Below are positions 27,581-35,550 of a stretch of DNA of 64,000 bases, in pieces. Position numbers and translations under genes: made by a program. Below the pieces are notes generated by a model that worked only from the letters and a program-made list of their open reading frames with translations, did no database searches and was not told where the DNA came from. The stretch's first letter is position 1. Each line of letters opens with the position of its first letter. The DNA is from Minisyncoccota bacterium. Its GTDB lineage: Bacteria; Patescibacteriota; Minisyncoccia; Phycocordibacterales; UBA2100. The stretch is taken from NCBI GenBank assembly GCA_965267345.1, contig OZ253947.1:398665-462664 (forward strand), read 5' to 3'.

Positions 27581-28261
27581 ATGGAGCTCTCAACGGTTAT
27601 CCTTGCGGCGCTCGGCGGCATTATCCCCGCACTCATCTGGGTGTGGTTCTGGAACCGCGAAGATGCAAAGCATCCTGAACCGCTGCCCCTTATTATTGCC
27701 GCATTCCTCATCGGTATGGTTGCGGTCGCCATCGTCATTCCCTTCCAAAAAATTGCCGCGACTATGCTCTTCGGGACACCGCTGGTGCTTGCGTGGGCTG
27801 CGATTGAGGAAGTGATAAAATTTCTGCTTGCGTACTTCACTGTCCTTGCACATAAGGCAAACGATGAACCCGTTGACGCACTCATTTACGTCATTACCAT
27901 CGCGCTCGGCTTTGCCGCCGCCGAAAACGCGCTGTTTTTGATTGAGCCGATCAGTACGAGCGGCTTTGTTGACAGCGTGCTCACCGGCAACTTCCGATTC
28001 CTCGGCGCCACCCTGCTGCACGTACTTGCCTCATCATTGGTCGGTATCGCGCTTGGTTTGTCATTCTACAAGAGCCATCTCACGAAGTTTATCTACGGTG
28101 CGATCGGCCTTATCCTCGCAATTGCTTTGCACGGACTCTTCAACTTCCTTATACTGAGGAGCACAGGAGGCGAGCTCATACAGGTATTTAGCATTGTGTG
28201 GGGCGGCCTCATTGTACTGCTGCTTGCTTTTGAAAAAGTAAAACGAATTAGAAGAACCTAA
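27581..28261 (+). CDS. PrsW-family intramembrane metalloprotease
   Basis: Polytopic membrane protein with EEVIKF, FAAAENALF and LHGLFNF, the PrsW/YpdC signature residues. Confidence 0.6.
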   Translation: MELSTVILAALGGIIPALIWVWFWNREDAKHPEPLPLIIAAFLIGMVAVAIVIPFQKIAATMLFGTPLVLAWAAIEEVIKFLLAYFTVLAHKANDEPVDALIYVITIALGFAAAENALFLIEPISTSGFVDSVLTGNFRFLGATLLHVLASSLVGIALGLSFYKSHLTKFIYGAIGLILAIALHGLFNFLILRSTGGELIQVFSIVWGGLIVLLLAFEKVKRIRRT

Positions 28262-28265
28262 CACT

Positions 28266-28799
28266 GTGTCCATGCGTAAGCCATCATTTTTCGAGCGTCT
28301 CACGGGATCAATTGCCCCGGAAGACTACGACGATTTGTTCGAGTCTGAAGATGCGAACGCACGTCGTCCGCATGCTCTTGCAGACGACGAGGAAGAGGCG
28401 CCGCGACACATTACGCCGCAGACTGACGCTGCGAGTACCCCTGAATGGCCACAGGAAGAAGAGGCGCAAGAAGGTGAGCTGGCGGTTGATGTATACCAAA
28501 CACCCGACCACATTGTGGTGAAAGCACTCGTTGCGGGCGTTAATCCGAATAATCTCGACATTTCACTCACGCGCGACATGTTGACCGTACGCGGGCACCG
28601 CGAGGAACATCAGGAAGTTGAGGGTGACAACTACTTCTATCGCGAACTCTACTGGGGCGGATTCACCCGCACCATCGTACTCCCTGAAGAAATTGATGTT
28701 GATGAAGCTGAAGCCAGTACCTCACACGGCATCCTTGTTATCCGTCTGCCGAAAATCAACAAGGATCGCCAAACAAAACTTAAAGTAAAGACTCGGTAA
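28266..28799 (+). CDS. Hsp20/alpha-crystallin family small heat-shock protein
   Basis: Alpha-crystallin domain AVDVYQTPDHIVVKALVAGVNPNNLDISLTRDMLTVRGHREE...GILVIRLPK. Confidence 0.85.
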   Translation: MSMRKPSFFERLTGSIAPEDYDDLFESEDANARRPHALADDEEEAPRHITPQTDAASTPEWPQEEEAQEGELAVDVYQTPDHIVVKALVAGVNPNNLDISLTRDMLTVRGHREEHQEVEGDNYFYRELYWGGFTRTIVLPEEIDVDEAEASTSHGILVIRLPKINKDRQTKLKVKTR

Positions 28800-28800
28800 C

Positions 28801-28829
28801 AAAAAACGCCCCGTGAGGGCGTTTTTTTT
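28801..28829. terminator. Bidirectional terminator between the hsp20 gene and the convergent 28828..29127 gene
   Basis: aaaaaacgccc cgtga gggcgtttttttt. Confidence 0.65.
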
Positions 28830-29127
28830 ATTTCTCCAGTGCTTCGCGCTGTGTTTCAATCGTCTCTTTCCATGTATCAATACTACCGGTGACAAATGCA
28901 TCCTTTTTCTTGCGATAGTTCTCGTAGAGTTTTTCAACCCATTCGGCATCACGCTCAAAAAGCGAAAGGACCGGCATCAAGGCACTTTCTTTTGTGCGAG
29001 CAAAGAGCTCGCTGAACTCACGTTTTGCGTCAAGCGAGAGCGACGACTGCTCGATGATCTCGTGCACTTTTTGAAACGTATTCTTCTCCATTACGTGTAG
29101 TTTTTCACGGCGCTCTGCATTTTGCAA
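28828..29127 (-). CDS. Hypothetical helical protein (99 aa)
   Basis: ORF with a terminator downstream. No recognisable motifs. Confidence 0.4.
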   Translation of the reverse strand: MQNAERREKLHVMEKNTFQKVHEIIEQSSLSLDAKREFSELFARTKESALMPVLSLFERDAEWVEKLYENYRKKKDAFVTGSIDTWKETIETQREALEK

Positions 29128-29138
29128 GTTACCCTATG

Positions 29139-29170
29139 CAAAACAGCCTGCTCACGAGCAGGCTGTTTTG
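29139..29170. terminator. Stem-loop terminator (caaaacagcctgctc acga gcaggctgttttg)
   Basis: Perfect hairpin flanked by A and T runs. Confidence 0.55.
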
Positions 29171-29546
29171 TAGCAGGTAACCGCGCGGTTACTCCGTTGC
29201 AAGCGATGTCATGGTGCGAAACGCAGCAGCAACGTCGCTTGTGTCACCATTGAGCACAGTCTCTTCAAGTTCTTGTGCTCGCGTTGCGTCTAGTGACATA
29301 TCTTTATGTGATGAAAACGATAATTGGAAAAGCATACGCACTCTCGTGTGTGAGATGTTCGTGGCGTATCTCACGAACAATTGCGCGCTCACCCTGCAGG
29401 CAATTATAGCATGTCAGCAGGTTCCATTAGTCCACAGTTTATGACACATGTTTGACGCGTTGTGGAAGCATGTGGCGTTGTGCTCAAAACAGCACGAGCG
29501 AGAAATAGAAAACGTCGAAGCATTGCTCCGACGTCACTATTTCTTG

Positions 29547-29620
29547 TGCTCGGGGGCGGACTCGAACCGCCGACCCTTCGCTCTTCAGGCGAATGCTCTA
29601 GCCAACTGAGCTACCCGAGC
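29547..29620 (-). tRNA. tRNA-Phe (anticodon GAA)
   Basis: Revcomp GCTCGGG TA GCTCAGTTGGCTAGAGC ATTCGC CTGAAGA GCGAA G GGTC GGCGGTTCGAGTCCGCC CCCGAGC A. Confidence 0.88.
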
Positions 29621-29717
29621 AAATGAGGAACAAAACGAGAATAGCATGCGTTCTCATTTTTTCCGAGTGTCGCTCGGGTAAGCGCAGCTTGCCCGAGCAA
29701 ATGATGCGACCCAGTTG

Positions 29718-30020
29718 CTACTGGGTTCCAGAAAAGTCTACACCAGGAATGCTGTTAAGCAAGTCAATGATGCCTTGCATCTGTCCCTGCGCTGACGCAC
29801 CGGTCGACTGCACCTGTGCGGCAACTGTGGCAAATTCGTTAATAGTCGGTGCGACAAATTGAAAATAGAGCCACACGGGAATACCGAGCAACACACCGTA
29901 GAGCACAATCTTGAAGATAAGTCCCCAGAGCGCAGCACGGCGCATTTTGCGGATCATTTTGTTATTTGCCTTGGCAAGTTCGTACGTCTTGCGCAATAGG
30001 TCGTCGTCACGCTGTGGCAT
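29718..30020 (-). CDS. Small membrane protein (about 100 aa) downstream of the NUDIX gene
   Basis: I chose the start at MPQRDDDLLRK; the ORF extends to 30248 and overlaps the NUDIX gene. One TM helix (LWGLIFKIVLYGVLLGIPVWLYF). Confidence 0.4.
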   Translation of the reverse strand: MPQRDDDLLRKTYELAKANNKMIRKMRRAALWGLIFKIVLYGVLLGIPVWLYFQFVAPTINEFATVAAQVQSTGASAQGQMQGIIDLLNSIPGVDFSGTQ

Positions 30021-30045
30021 GCACAGAGTATAGCAAACTCTCGCG

Positions 30046-30477
30046 CTAGCGCAGGCGTTCTGTGTACAGTGACAAAAATTCGGGAAATGCCGAATGCGTC
30101 GGATTCGGTATCGTATCGAGCGTACACCACTCGAGTGCGTCAAACTTATGCGGTTCCCCAATGGCAACACGCGTCGGATCAACCCGCACTTTAAAGTCGA
30201 GACCGATCCAGTGTGTTTTTGCCCCTCCATGTTCGCGGTGCACATCACGGAACCCTAAGAATTCGTAGTCGATCACTTCAGTACAGTACTCTTCTTGTAT
30301 TTCTTTCCGCAGCGTATCTTCAACCGATTCACCGTGCTCAAGTCCACCGCTGCCAATATCCCAACAGCCATGCTCATCGCGACACTGCGCACTGCGCTTT
30401 GCCATGAGAAACTTCCCGTTTCCATCGTGACAGAAAAAGACAACTGAAACCCCCGTGTAATCTTCACCCTTTTTCAC
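30046..30477 (-). CDS. NUDIX hydrolase
   Basis: Nudix box GGLEHGESVEDTLRKEIQEEY. Confidence 0.85.
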   Translation of the reverse strand: MKKGEDYTGVSVVFFCHDGNGKFLMAKRSAQCRDEHGCWDIGSGGLEHGESVEDTLRKEIQEEYCTEVIDYEFLGFRDVHREHGGAKTHWIGLDFKVRVDPTRVAIGEPHKFDALEWCTLDTIPNPTHSAFPEFLSLYTERLR

Positions 30478-30491
30478 CGAATTACTATAGC

Positions 30492-30512
30492 AGTGTCCTC
30501 GGTAGGAGTCGA
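30492..30512. repeat. 21-bp direct duplicate (agtgtcctcggtaggagtcga) of the 3' end of tRNA-Arg: attachment-site-like repeat
   Basis: Identical to 30699-30719, which is the T-loop/acceptor 3' half of the tRNA. Confidence 0.7.
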
Positions 30513-30700
30513 TATCAGCTCACTACGCATTTTTATGTCTTCGGCACGCTCAGACTTAAAAATACCAAGTGGCTCCTATCCGGACTCGCCGACCCAGCCC
30601 TTCTCGAAGGGCTGGGTGCCCCGGGTCCGTCTTTCGCCTCAACCGACGACGTGTTGCTCATGGCAGCAGATGCGTCGCATCTTCTGCGTGAGCATACAAG

Positions 30701-30772
30701 TGTCCTCGGTAGGAGTCGAACCTACATTTGCCCCTTAGGAGGGGGCCGTTCTGTCCGTTGAACTACGAGGAC
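30701..30772 (-). tRNA. tRNA-Arg (anticodon CCT)
   Basis: Revcomp GTCCTCG TA GTTCAACGGACAGAAC G GCCCC CTCCTAA GGGGC AAAT GTAGGTTCGACTCCTAC CGAGGAC A. Confidence 0.85.
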
Positions 30773-30838
30773 TCAGTGGCAAGCCTATCACAAAACGCCC
30801 CAAACGGGGCGTTTTGTAGATGCAAGGTAGGAATCACG

Positions 30839-31078
30839 CTACATCTCAAGGAGTGAGCGAATGCGTCCCTCATCGAAACCAATGACCATGTCGTCACCGA
30901 TGAAGATGACAGGAACGCCCATCTGGCCGCTGCGCGTTACCATTTCTTGCGCCTTTTCCTGATCTTCAGCGACGTTGTGTTCAGTGTACTCAACGCCATT
31001 TTCGGTGAAGAATTCCTTCGCCTGCTGGCAAAAATGGCACGTTGGGGTGCTGTAAATGACTACTGTTTTATCCGTCAT
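30839..31078 (-). CDS. Glutaredoxin/NrdH-like redoxin
   Basis: 79 aa. CHFC active site in VVIYSTPTCHFCQQAKEF, then GVPVIFIGDDMVIGFDE. Confidence 0.8.
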   Translation of the reverse strand: MTDKTVVIYSTPTCHFCQQAKEFFTENGVEYTEHNVAEDQEKAQEMVTRSGQMGVPVIFIGDDMVIGFDEGRIRSLLEM

Positions 31079-31371
31079 ATATGTTGATTACATATTTCTA
31101 ACGGATACAGTATAGCATGCATTGGAAAGATGCAGCCCCGAAAGCGGGCATCAGCTCACTAATTCGCTTACGCTCATAAGTGGCTCCTGCCCAGGCTCGT
31201 CTTCCTCGCTCCATGTACGTCGCTCGGATATGACTCCGCCGCTCGAATCGTCGCGTTGCTCCGATATATTCGCTCTTTTCGATTCCCCACGAAAGCCAAG
31301 TAGTTGGCTTTCTCATCTCCGAGCACGCACATAAAAATACCATTGCACGCAGCGGCATTTTTATGGCGTTG

Positions 31372-31442
31372 TGCGGGATGCGAGAATCGAACTCGCGACT
31401 TAAGCTTGGGAAGCTTACGTTATGCCACTTAACTAATCCCGC
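31372..31442 (-). tRNA. tRNA-Gly (anticodon CCC)
   Basis: Revcomp GCGGGAT TA GTTAAGTGGCATAAC G TAAGC TTCCCAA GCTTA AGTC GCGAGTTCGATTCTCGC ATCCCGC A. Confidence 0.85.
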
Positions 31443-31454
31443 GTGCGCTCTATG

Positions 31455-31838
31455 TTACTCGTCGAAACCAAAAAAGGAAATAACGCGCTGCCACAGGCTT
31501 TGTGATGTCTCCCGTGCCGCTGCTTCCTGTTCCGGTGCATCAACAAGAATAATGAGATGTTCGCCGTCCCGCCCGACGTCAAAACTGTGGCGAATTTCTT
31601 CTTCAAGACCGCGCTCCGTCTCCAGCCGCTGCATCTCGGTGCGCAATGATGATGCGCGCTGCTCGAGCTCGTTGAGCTCCTGCTCAGCCTGCAGGCGATT
31701 TTCTTTGGCAAACCGCGCCTTTTGGTAGACACCCCACGTGCCGCGTACAAACACCACAACCAAAACGAGCAGGAGGAGGAGGCTGATTTTTGAAAAGAGA
31801 ATACGGCGCAGTCGCTGCTTATCAGATACCCCAAGCAT
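31455..31838 (-). CDS. Septum formation initiator (FtsB/DivIC-like)
   Basis: Single N-terminal TM followed by a leucine-zipper-like coiled coil (LQAEQELNELEQRASSLRTEMQRLETE). Confidence 0.5.
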   Translation of the reverse strand: MLGVSDKQRLRRILFSKISLLLLLVLVVVFVRGTWGVYQKARFAKENRLQAEQELNELEQRASSLRTEMQRLETERGLEEEIRHSFDVGRDGEHLIILVDAPEQEAAARETSQSLWQRVISFFGFDE

Positions 31839-32024
31839 ATGCTAGTATTGTACCCTGATAGTGAATGTTCTGCCGACGCAGCCATTTCGCTACAGGGCAT
31901 AGCACCATGAGTTTCTTATTTGATGAAAAATCTAAAAAAGCGATGAAGTGGGTCTGGATTGTTCTGGGCATCCTCATTATCGCCAGTATGGTTGTTGCGT
32001 ATTCACCAGGGCTCTTCACGTAGC

Positions 32025-33806
32025 CTACTCGGAACGCATCACTTTCATGAATGCCTCGTGCGGGATGTGGACTTTCCCGCGCTCGAGCGCTTTCTTCTTT
32101 CCCTTCTTTTGCTTCTCGAGCAGCTTTTTCTTACGTGTCACGTCGCCACCGTATAGATACCCCGTCACATCTTTGCGCAGTGCAGATATTTTTTCACTGG
32201 CAATAATGCGCCCAGACGCCCGTGCCTGAATTTTGACTACAAAGAGCTGTCGTGGAAGCACGTCTTTAAGCTTCCCAACCATGTCACGGGCCTCTTCTTC
32301 GACGCGTCGGCGCGACACAATACGGCTAAATGCCGGTGCAAGCTCTTCGGCAACAAGTATATCGAGCCGTGTCACATCAGCATCACGCATACCCAATGGC
32401 TCATACGACAGCGACCCGAAGCCCGATGAAGCATTTTTAAGTTTATCGAAAAAGTTGCGCATCATCTCACGCAGCGGCATTTCTGCCACCAGCTTTGTGC
32501 GCCCGTCGGGCATGGTCTCGGTTTTCGTCACGGTTGCTTCATGCTCATGTAGTAGCTGCATGCTGCTCCCCAGATACGCGGCCGGTACAATGATGGTTGC
32601 TTCGATCCACTGCTCACGTATGTTCGTTGCCTCCCCGTCATGCGGAAACTGTGTTGGCGTGTACACGTTACGCGTGGTGCCATTTTTCCACGTCACTTCG
32701 TAGACCGTTGTCGGTAACGTCACAATCAGGTCAATATCAAATTCGCGACGAAGGCGTTCGGTAATGATCTCCATGTGCAGCATACCGAGGAAGCCGCAGC
32801 GAAACCCGCGCCCCATCACACCACTCGCCTCTTCCTCATACGAGAGCGACGAATCAACAAGACGCAGCCGCTCGAGCGCTTGACGCAGCAGCGGGAGATC
32901 ATCCTGACTCTCAGGGTACACGCTCGCCCAGATCACCGGATGTGGCTCGCGATAGCCGGAGAGCGCAGGTGTTGCGGCACGCGCTGCAACAACCGTATCA
33001 CCGACATTTACAATTCCCGGTTTTTTAATACCCGTGACAATGTAGCCAATCTCGCCGGCACTGAGCTTTTCCCGTGACTCTTCGGTCGGGTTGAAAATAC
33101 CGGTTTCGAGCGCAGTAAACTGCTCTTGTGCAATCGCAAAACGCAGTTTCTCGCCCTGTGCAATACGGCCGCCGACAACACGCACAAACAAAACGATGCC
33201 GCGATGATCGGAGTATTTAAAGTCAAATATGAGCCCGCGCTGGTCAGCGCCTTCCTCAATTGGTGCCGGCACATCGCGCACAATCCGCTCGAGCAACTCA
33301 GGAACGCCAGCACCCGTCTTTCCGGACGTGGCAATAATATCGTGCTCATCAATGTCGAGTAACAACGAGAGCTCAGCACGAATGTCGTCGACGCGTGCCA
33401 GTGGTGAGTCAACCTTCGACAAAACGGGAATAACGACAAGTCCTTGCTCGCGTGCCAATTGTAGTACCGACAGTGTCTGTGCCTGCACACCCTGTGTCGC
33501 ATCTACGAGCAACACAACACCTTCAACGGCAGACAACGCGCGCGATACTTCGTACGCAAAATCAATATGTCCGGGGGTATCAATGAGATTGATGATGTAT
33601 CGCTCGCCACCCGATGTCCACTCCATGCGCACCGGCTGCATTTTTATGGTAATCCCTCGCTCCCGCTCAAGATCCATCTGGTCAAGCACCTGATCGCGCA
33701 TCTTGCGCTCAGGAATCGTGCCGGTGACCTCGAGCATGCGGTCAGCCAACGTCGATTTACCGTGATCGATGTGGGCAATAATGCTGAAATTTCGTATCTG
33801 TTCCAT
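32025..33806 (-). CDS. lepA: Elongation factor 4 (LepA)
   Basis: G-domain motifs AHIDHGKST, DTPGHIDF and the unique LepA C-terminal domain. 593 aa. Confidence 0.95.
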   Translation of the reverse strand: MEQIRNFSIIAHIDHGKSTLADRMLEVTGTIPERKMRDQVLDQMDLERERGITIKMQPVRMEWTSGGERYIINLIDTPGHIDFAYEVSRALSAVEGVVLLVDATQGVQAQTLSVLQLAREQGLVVIPVLSKVDSPLARVDDIRAELSLLLDIDEHDIIATSGKTGAGVPELLERIVRDVPAPIEEGADQRGLIFDFKYSDHRGIVLFVRVVGGRIAQGEKLRFAIAQEQFTALETGIFNPTEESREKLSAGEIGYIVTGIKKPGIVNVGDTVVAARAATPALSGYREPHPVIWASVYPESQDDLPLLRQALERLRLVDSSLSYEEEASGVMGRGFRCGFLGMLHMEIITERLRREFDIDLIVTLPTTVYEVTWKNGTTRNVYTPTQFPHDGEATNIREQWIEATIIVPAAYLGSSMQLLHEHEATVTKTETMPDGRTKLVAEMPLREMMRNFFDKLKNASSGFGSLSYEPLGMRDADVTRLDILVAEELAPAFSRIVSRRRVEEEARDMVGKLKDVLPRQLFVVKIQARASGRIIASEKISALRKDVTGYLYGGDVTRKKKLLEKQKKGKKKALERGKVHIPHEAFMKVMRSE

Positions 33807-33851
33807 ACCGTTACTCCAAAGATGTCTTAGCTGCGGCGCACGTCCGTGGCG

Positions 33852-35534
33852 CTATACATCTGTACCACGTTCCGTGCCACTTGAGAAGATTGGGACGTAC
33901 TTCCAGAAGCGATTTCCCACGGCGCGACGCACTTCGCGTAATTCACTGTTCCCCAGTAGTGCGAGCACGCACACGCCCGCACCGATACCAACGGTGCCTG
34001 CAGTAAACCCTTGCAGGAAAATGCCGACAAACGTGTCGATATCAACAAGTCGCGCCATCCATTGGAGTACTTCGTGTGCCGCAAAGCCGGCAACAATGGC
34101 TGCGGAGAAACTTTCGAAAAATGCCCGTTCAATACGGCCTGCAATAGCAGTAAAGTCACGACGGAAGAGCCACAAGAAGATGCCTGCATTGATCAGCGCA
34201 AAGAGTGCGAAGGCTAACGGCAGCATGAGCACCTCAGTGCCCGGCAAGCCACTAACACGCAACATATCTTCGATGAAATAACGGAAAAACGGCTCTGTGC
34301 GAAACGCATGTACTAACGCCAGTGCACTCACAATGACACCAATGGCCGTCCCGATGTTTACAATGAGCGGCTTCCACGTACGGCCGGCAGCGTAGTAGCC
34401 ACGGACGAATAACAATGTGAGTGACTGGGCAACAAGCGACACCGCAAACAACGCGAGTGCTGCAGCGGTCAGGCGTGTCGCTGTCCAGTCAAATGCACCG
34501 CCACCGAGCACCACACGCACAATCTGTGCCCGCAACACAATAGTCAGCACGATCAGTGGAATCGACCAGAAAATAATGTGTCGCGCCGCGGCGATCATCT
34601 GCTCAGAAAATTGCGTCACTTTGCCGTGTGAGAAAAATCGCGCGAGCGTGGGAAATGCCGCCACGGAGTAGCTGGCACCGATAATAGCAAGCGGCGCTGA
34701 CTGCAGGTTAAAGGCAAGTGAGAACACCGATACTGATCCTGCACCCATTGTTGCGGCAAACGCAACCAGCGCAAACAGTACAAAGTGATTTGCCGTCAGT
34801 GAAATGGCGCGCGGTACAGATACGGCAGTGATCTGCCAAAGCTCGCGCATATGAATTTTAAACGATGAAAGACGCAGGTACCCAGTGCGCATCACGAATG
34901 GCACCTGTATCGCGACATGGAGAAATGCACCAATGACCACACCATAGGTGATACCCACAACACCATAGTGCGGGTAGAGTGCGACAATACCGAAGATGAT
35001 GGAAAGGTTGTAGAGTAATGGCGCAAGTGCGTACAATAGAAAGCGCCCGTGTGCCTGTGTCACACTCGCCAAGATTCCGGAGAGTCCAAGGAGCATCGGC
35101 TGCGCGAGCAATACGCGACTGAGTGTGATCAACAGTCCATCTTCAAGTGCAACGAGTGTCGGAAAGAAATGAGCTAAAAGCGCGGGAAGTGCAAACCACA
35201 GGACGCCGCTCACCAGCAGTATCAGTACGCTAAAACCCGCAACAACATTGCCGACAATGTCATACCGCTCTTGCGCCGCGTCAATCCGCGTCAGCAGTGG
35301 TACGAGAATAAAGACTGAAACCAGTGATGCAAGTGAGACGTAGACGACGTCAGGAATACGAAACGCAGCGTAGTAGATATCGAGTAAATTGCCGGCACCA
35401 AAAAGTGACGCAAGTAGCCGATCGCGCACGAGTGCAAGCAAGGTTGAGAGCAACGTGAAAAATCCCAAAAGATACGCGGCTTCGTGTAAGCCGCGCGTCT
35501 CCCCCTCCATAAACCGCAAAATACGTCGCATCAT
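33852..35534 (-). CDS. murJ: Lipid II flippase MurJ (MviN)
   Basis: 560 aa, about 14 TM helices. The N-terminal region LLGFFTLLSTLLALVRDRLLASLFGAG matches MurJ. Confidence 0.8.
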   Translation of the reverse strand: MMRRILRFMEGETRGLHEAAYLLGFFTLLSTLLALVRDRLLASLFGAGNLLDIYYAAFRIPDVVYVSLASLVSVFILVPLLTRIDAAQERYDIVGNVVAGFSVLILLVSGVLWFALPALLAHFFPTLVALEDGLLITLSRVLLAQPMLLGLSGILASVTQAHGRFLLYALAPLLYNLSIIFGIVALYPHYGVVGITYGVVIGAFLHVAIQVPFVMRTGYLRLSSFKIHMRELWQITAVSVPRAISLTANHFVLFALVAFAATMGAGSVSVFSLAFNLQSAPLAIIGASYSVAAFPTLARFFSHGKVTQFSEQMIAAARHIIFWSIPLIVLTIVLRAQIVRVVLGGGAFDWTATRLTAAALALFAVSLVAQSLTLLFVRGYYAAGRTWKPLIVNIGTAIGVIVSALALVHAFRTEPFFRYFIEDMLRVSGLPGTEVLMLPLAFALFALINAGIFLWLFRRDFTAIAGRIERAFFESFSAAIVAGFAAHEVLQWMARLVDIDTFVGIFLQGFTAGTVGIGAGVCVLALLGNSELREVRRAVGNRFWKYVPIFSSGTERGTDV

Positions 35535-35550
35535 CGTAGCCTAGCACGGA

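Noticed and set aside
30493-30738. 81-aa plus-strand ORF across the tRNA-Arg 3' duplication interval
   Set aside because: It overlaps the tRNA-Arg gene and a strong RNA hairpin. It has no start context and is likely non-coding.
31122-31334. 70-aa ORF (and its 60-aa relative at 50021-50203) translating the tRNA-linked conserved element as a TPPLESS..SDIxALF peptide
   Set aside because: The apparent protein similarity follows from nucleotide identity. Substitutions are mostly non-synonymous, there are no SD or promoter signals, and both sit in tRNA trailers. I treat them as non-coding repeats.
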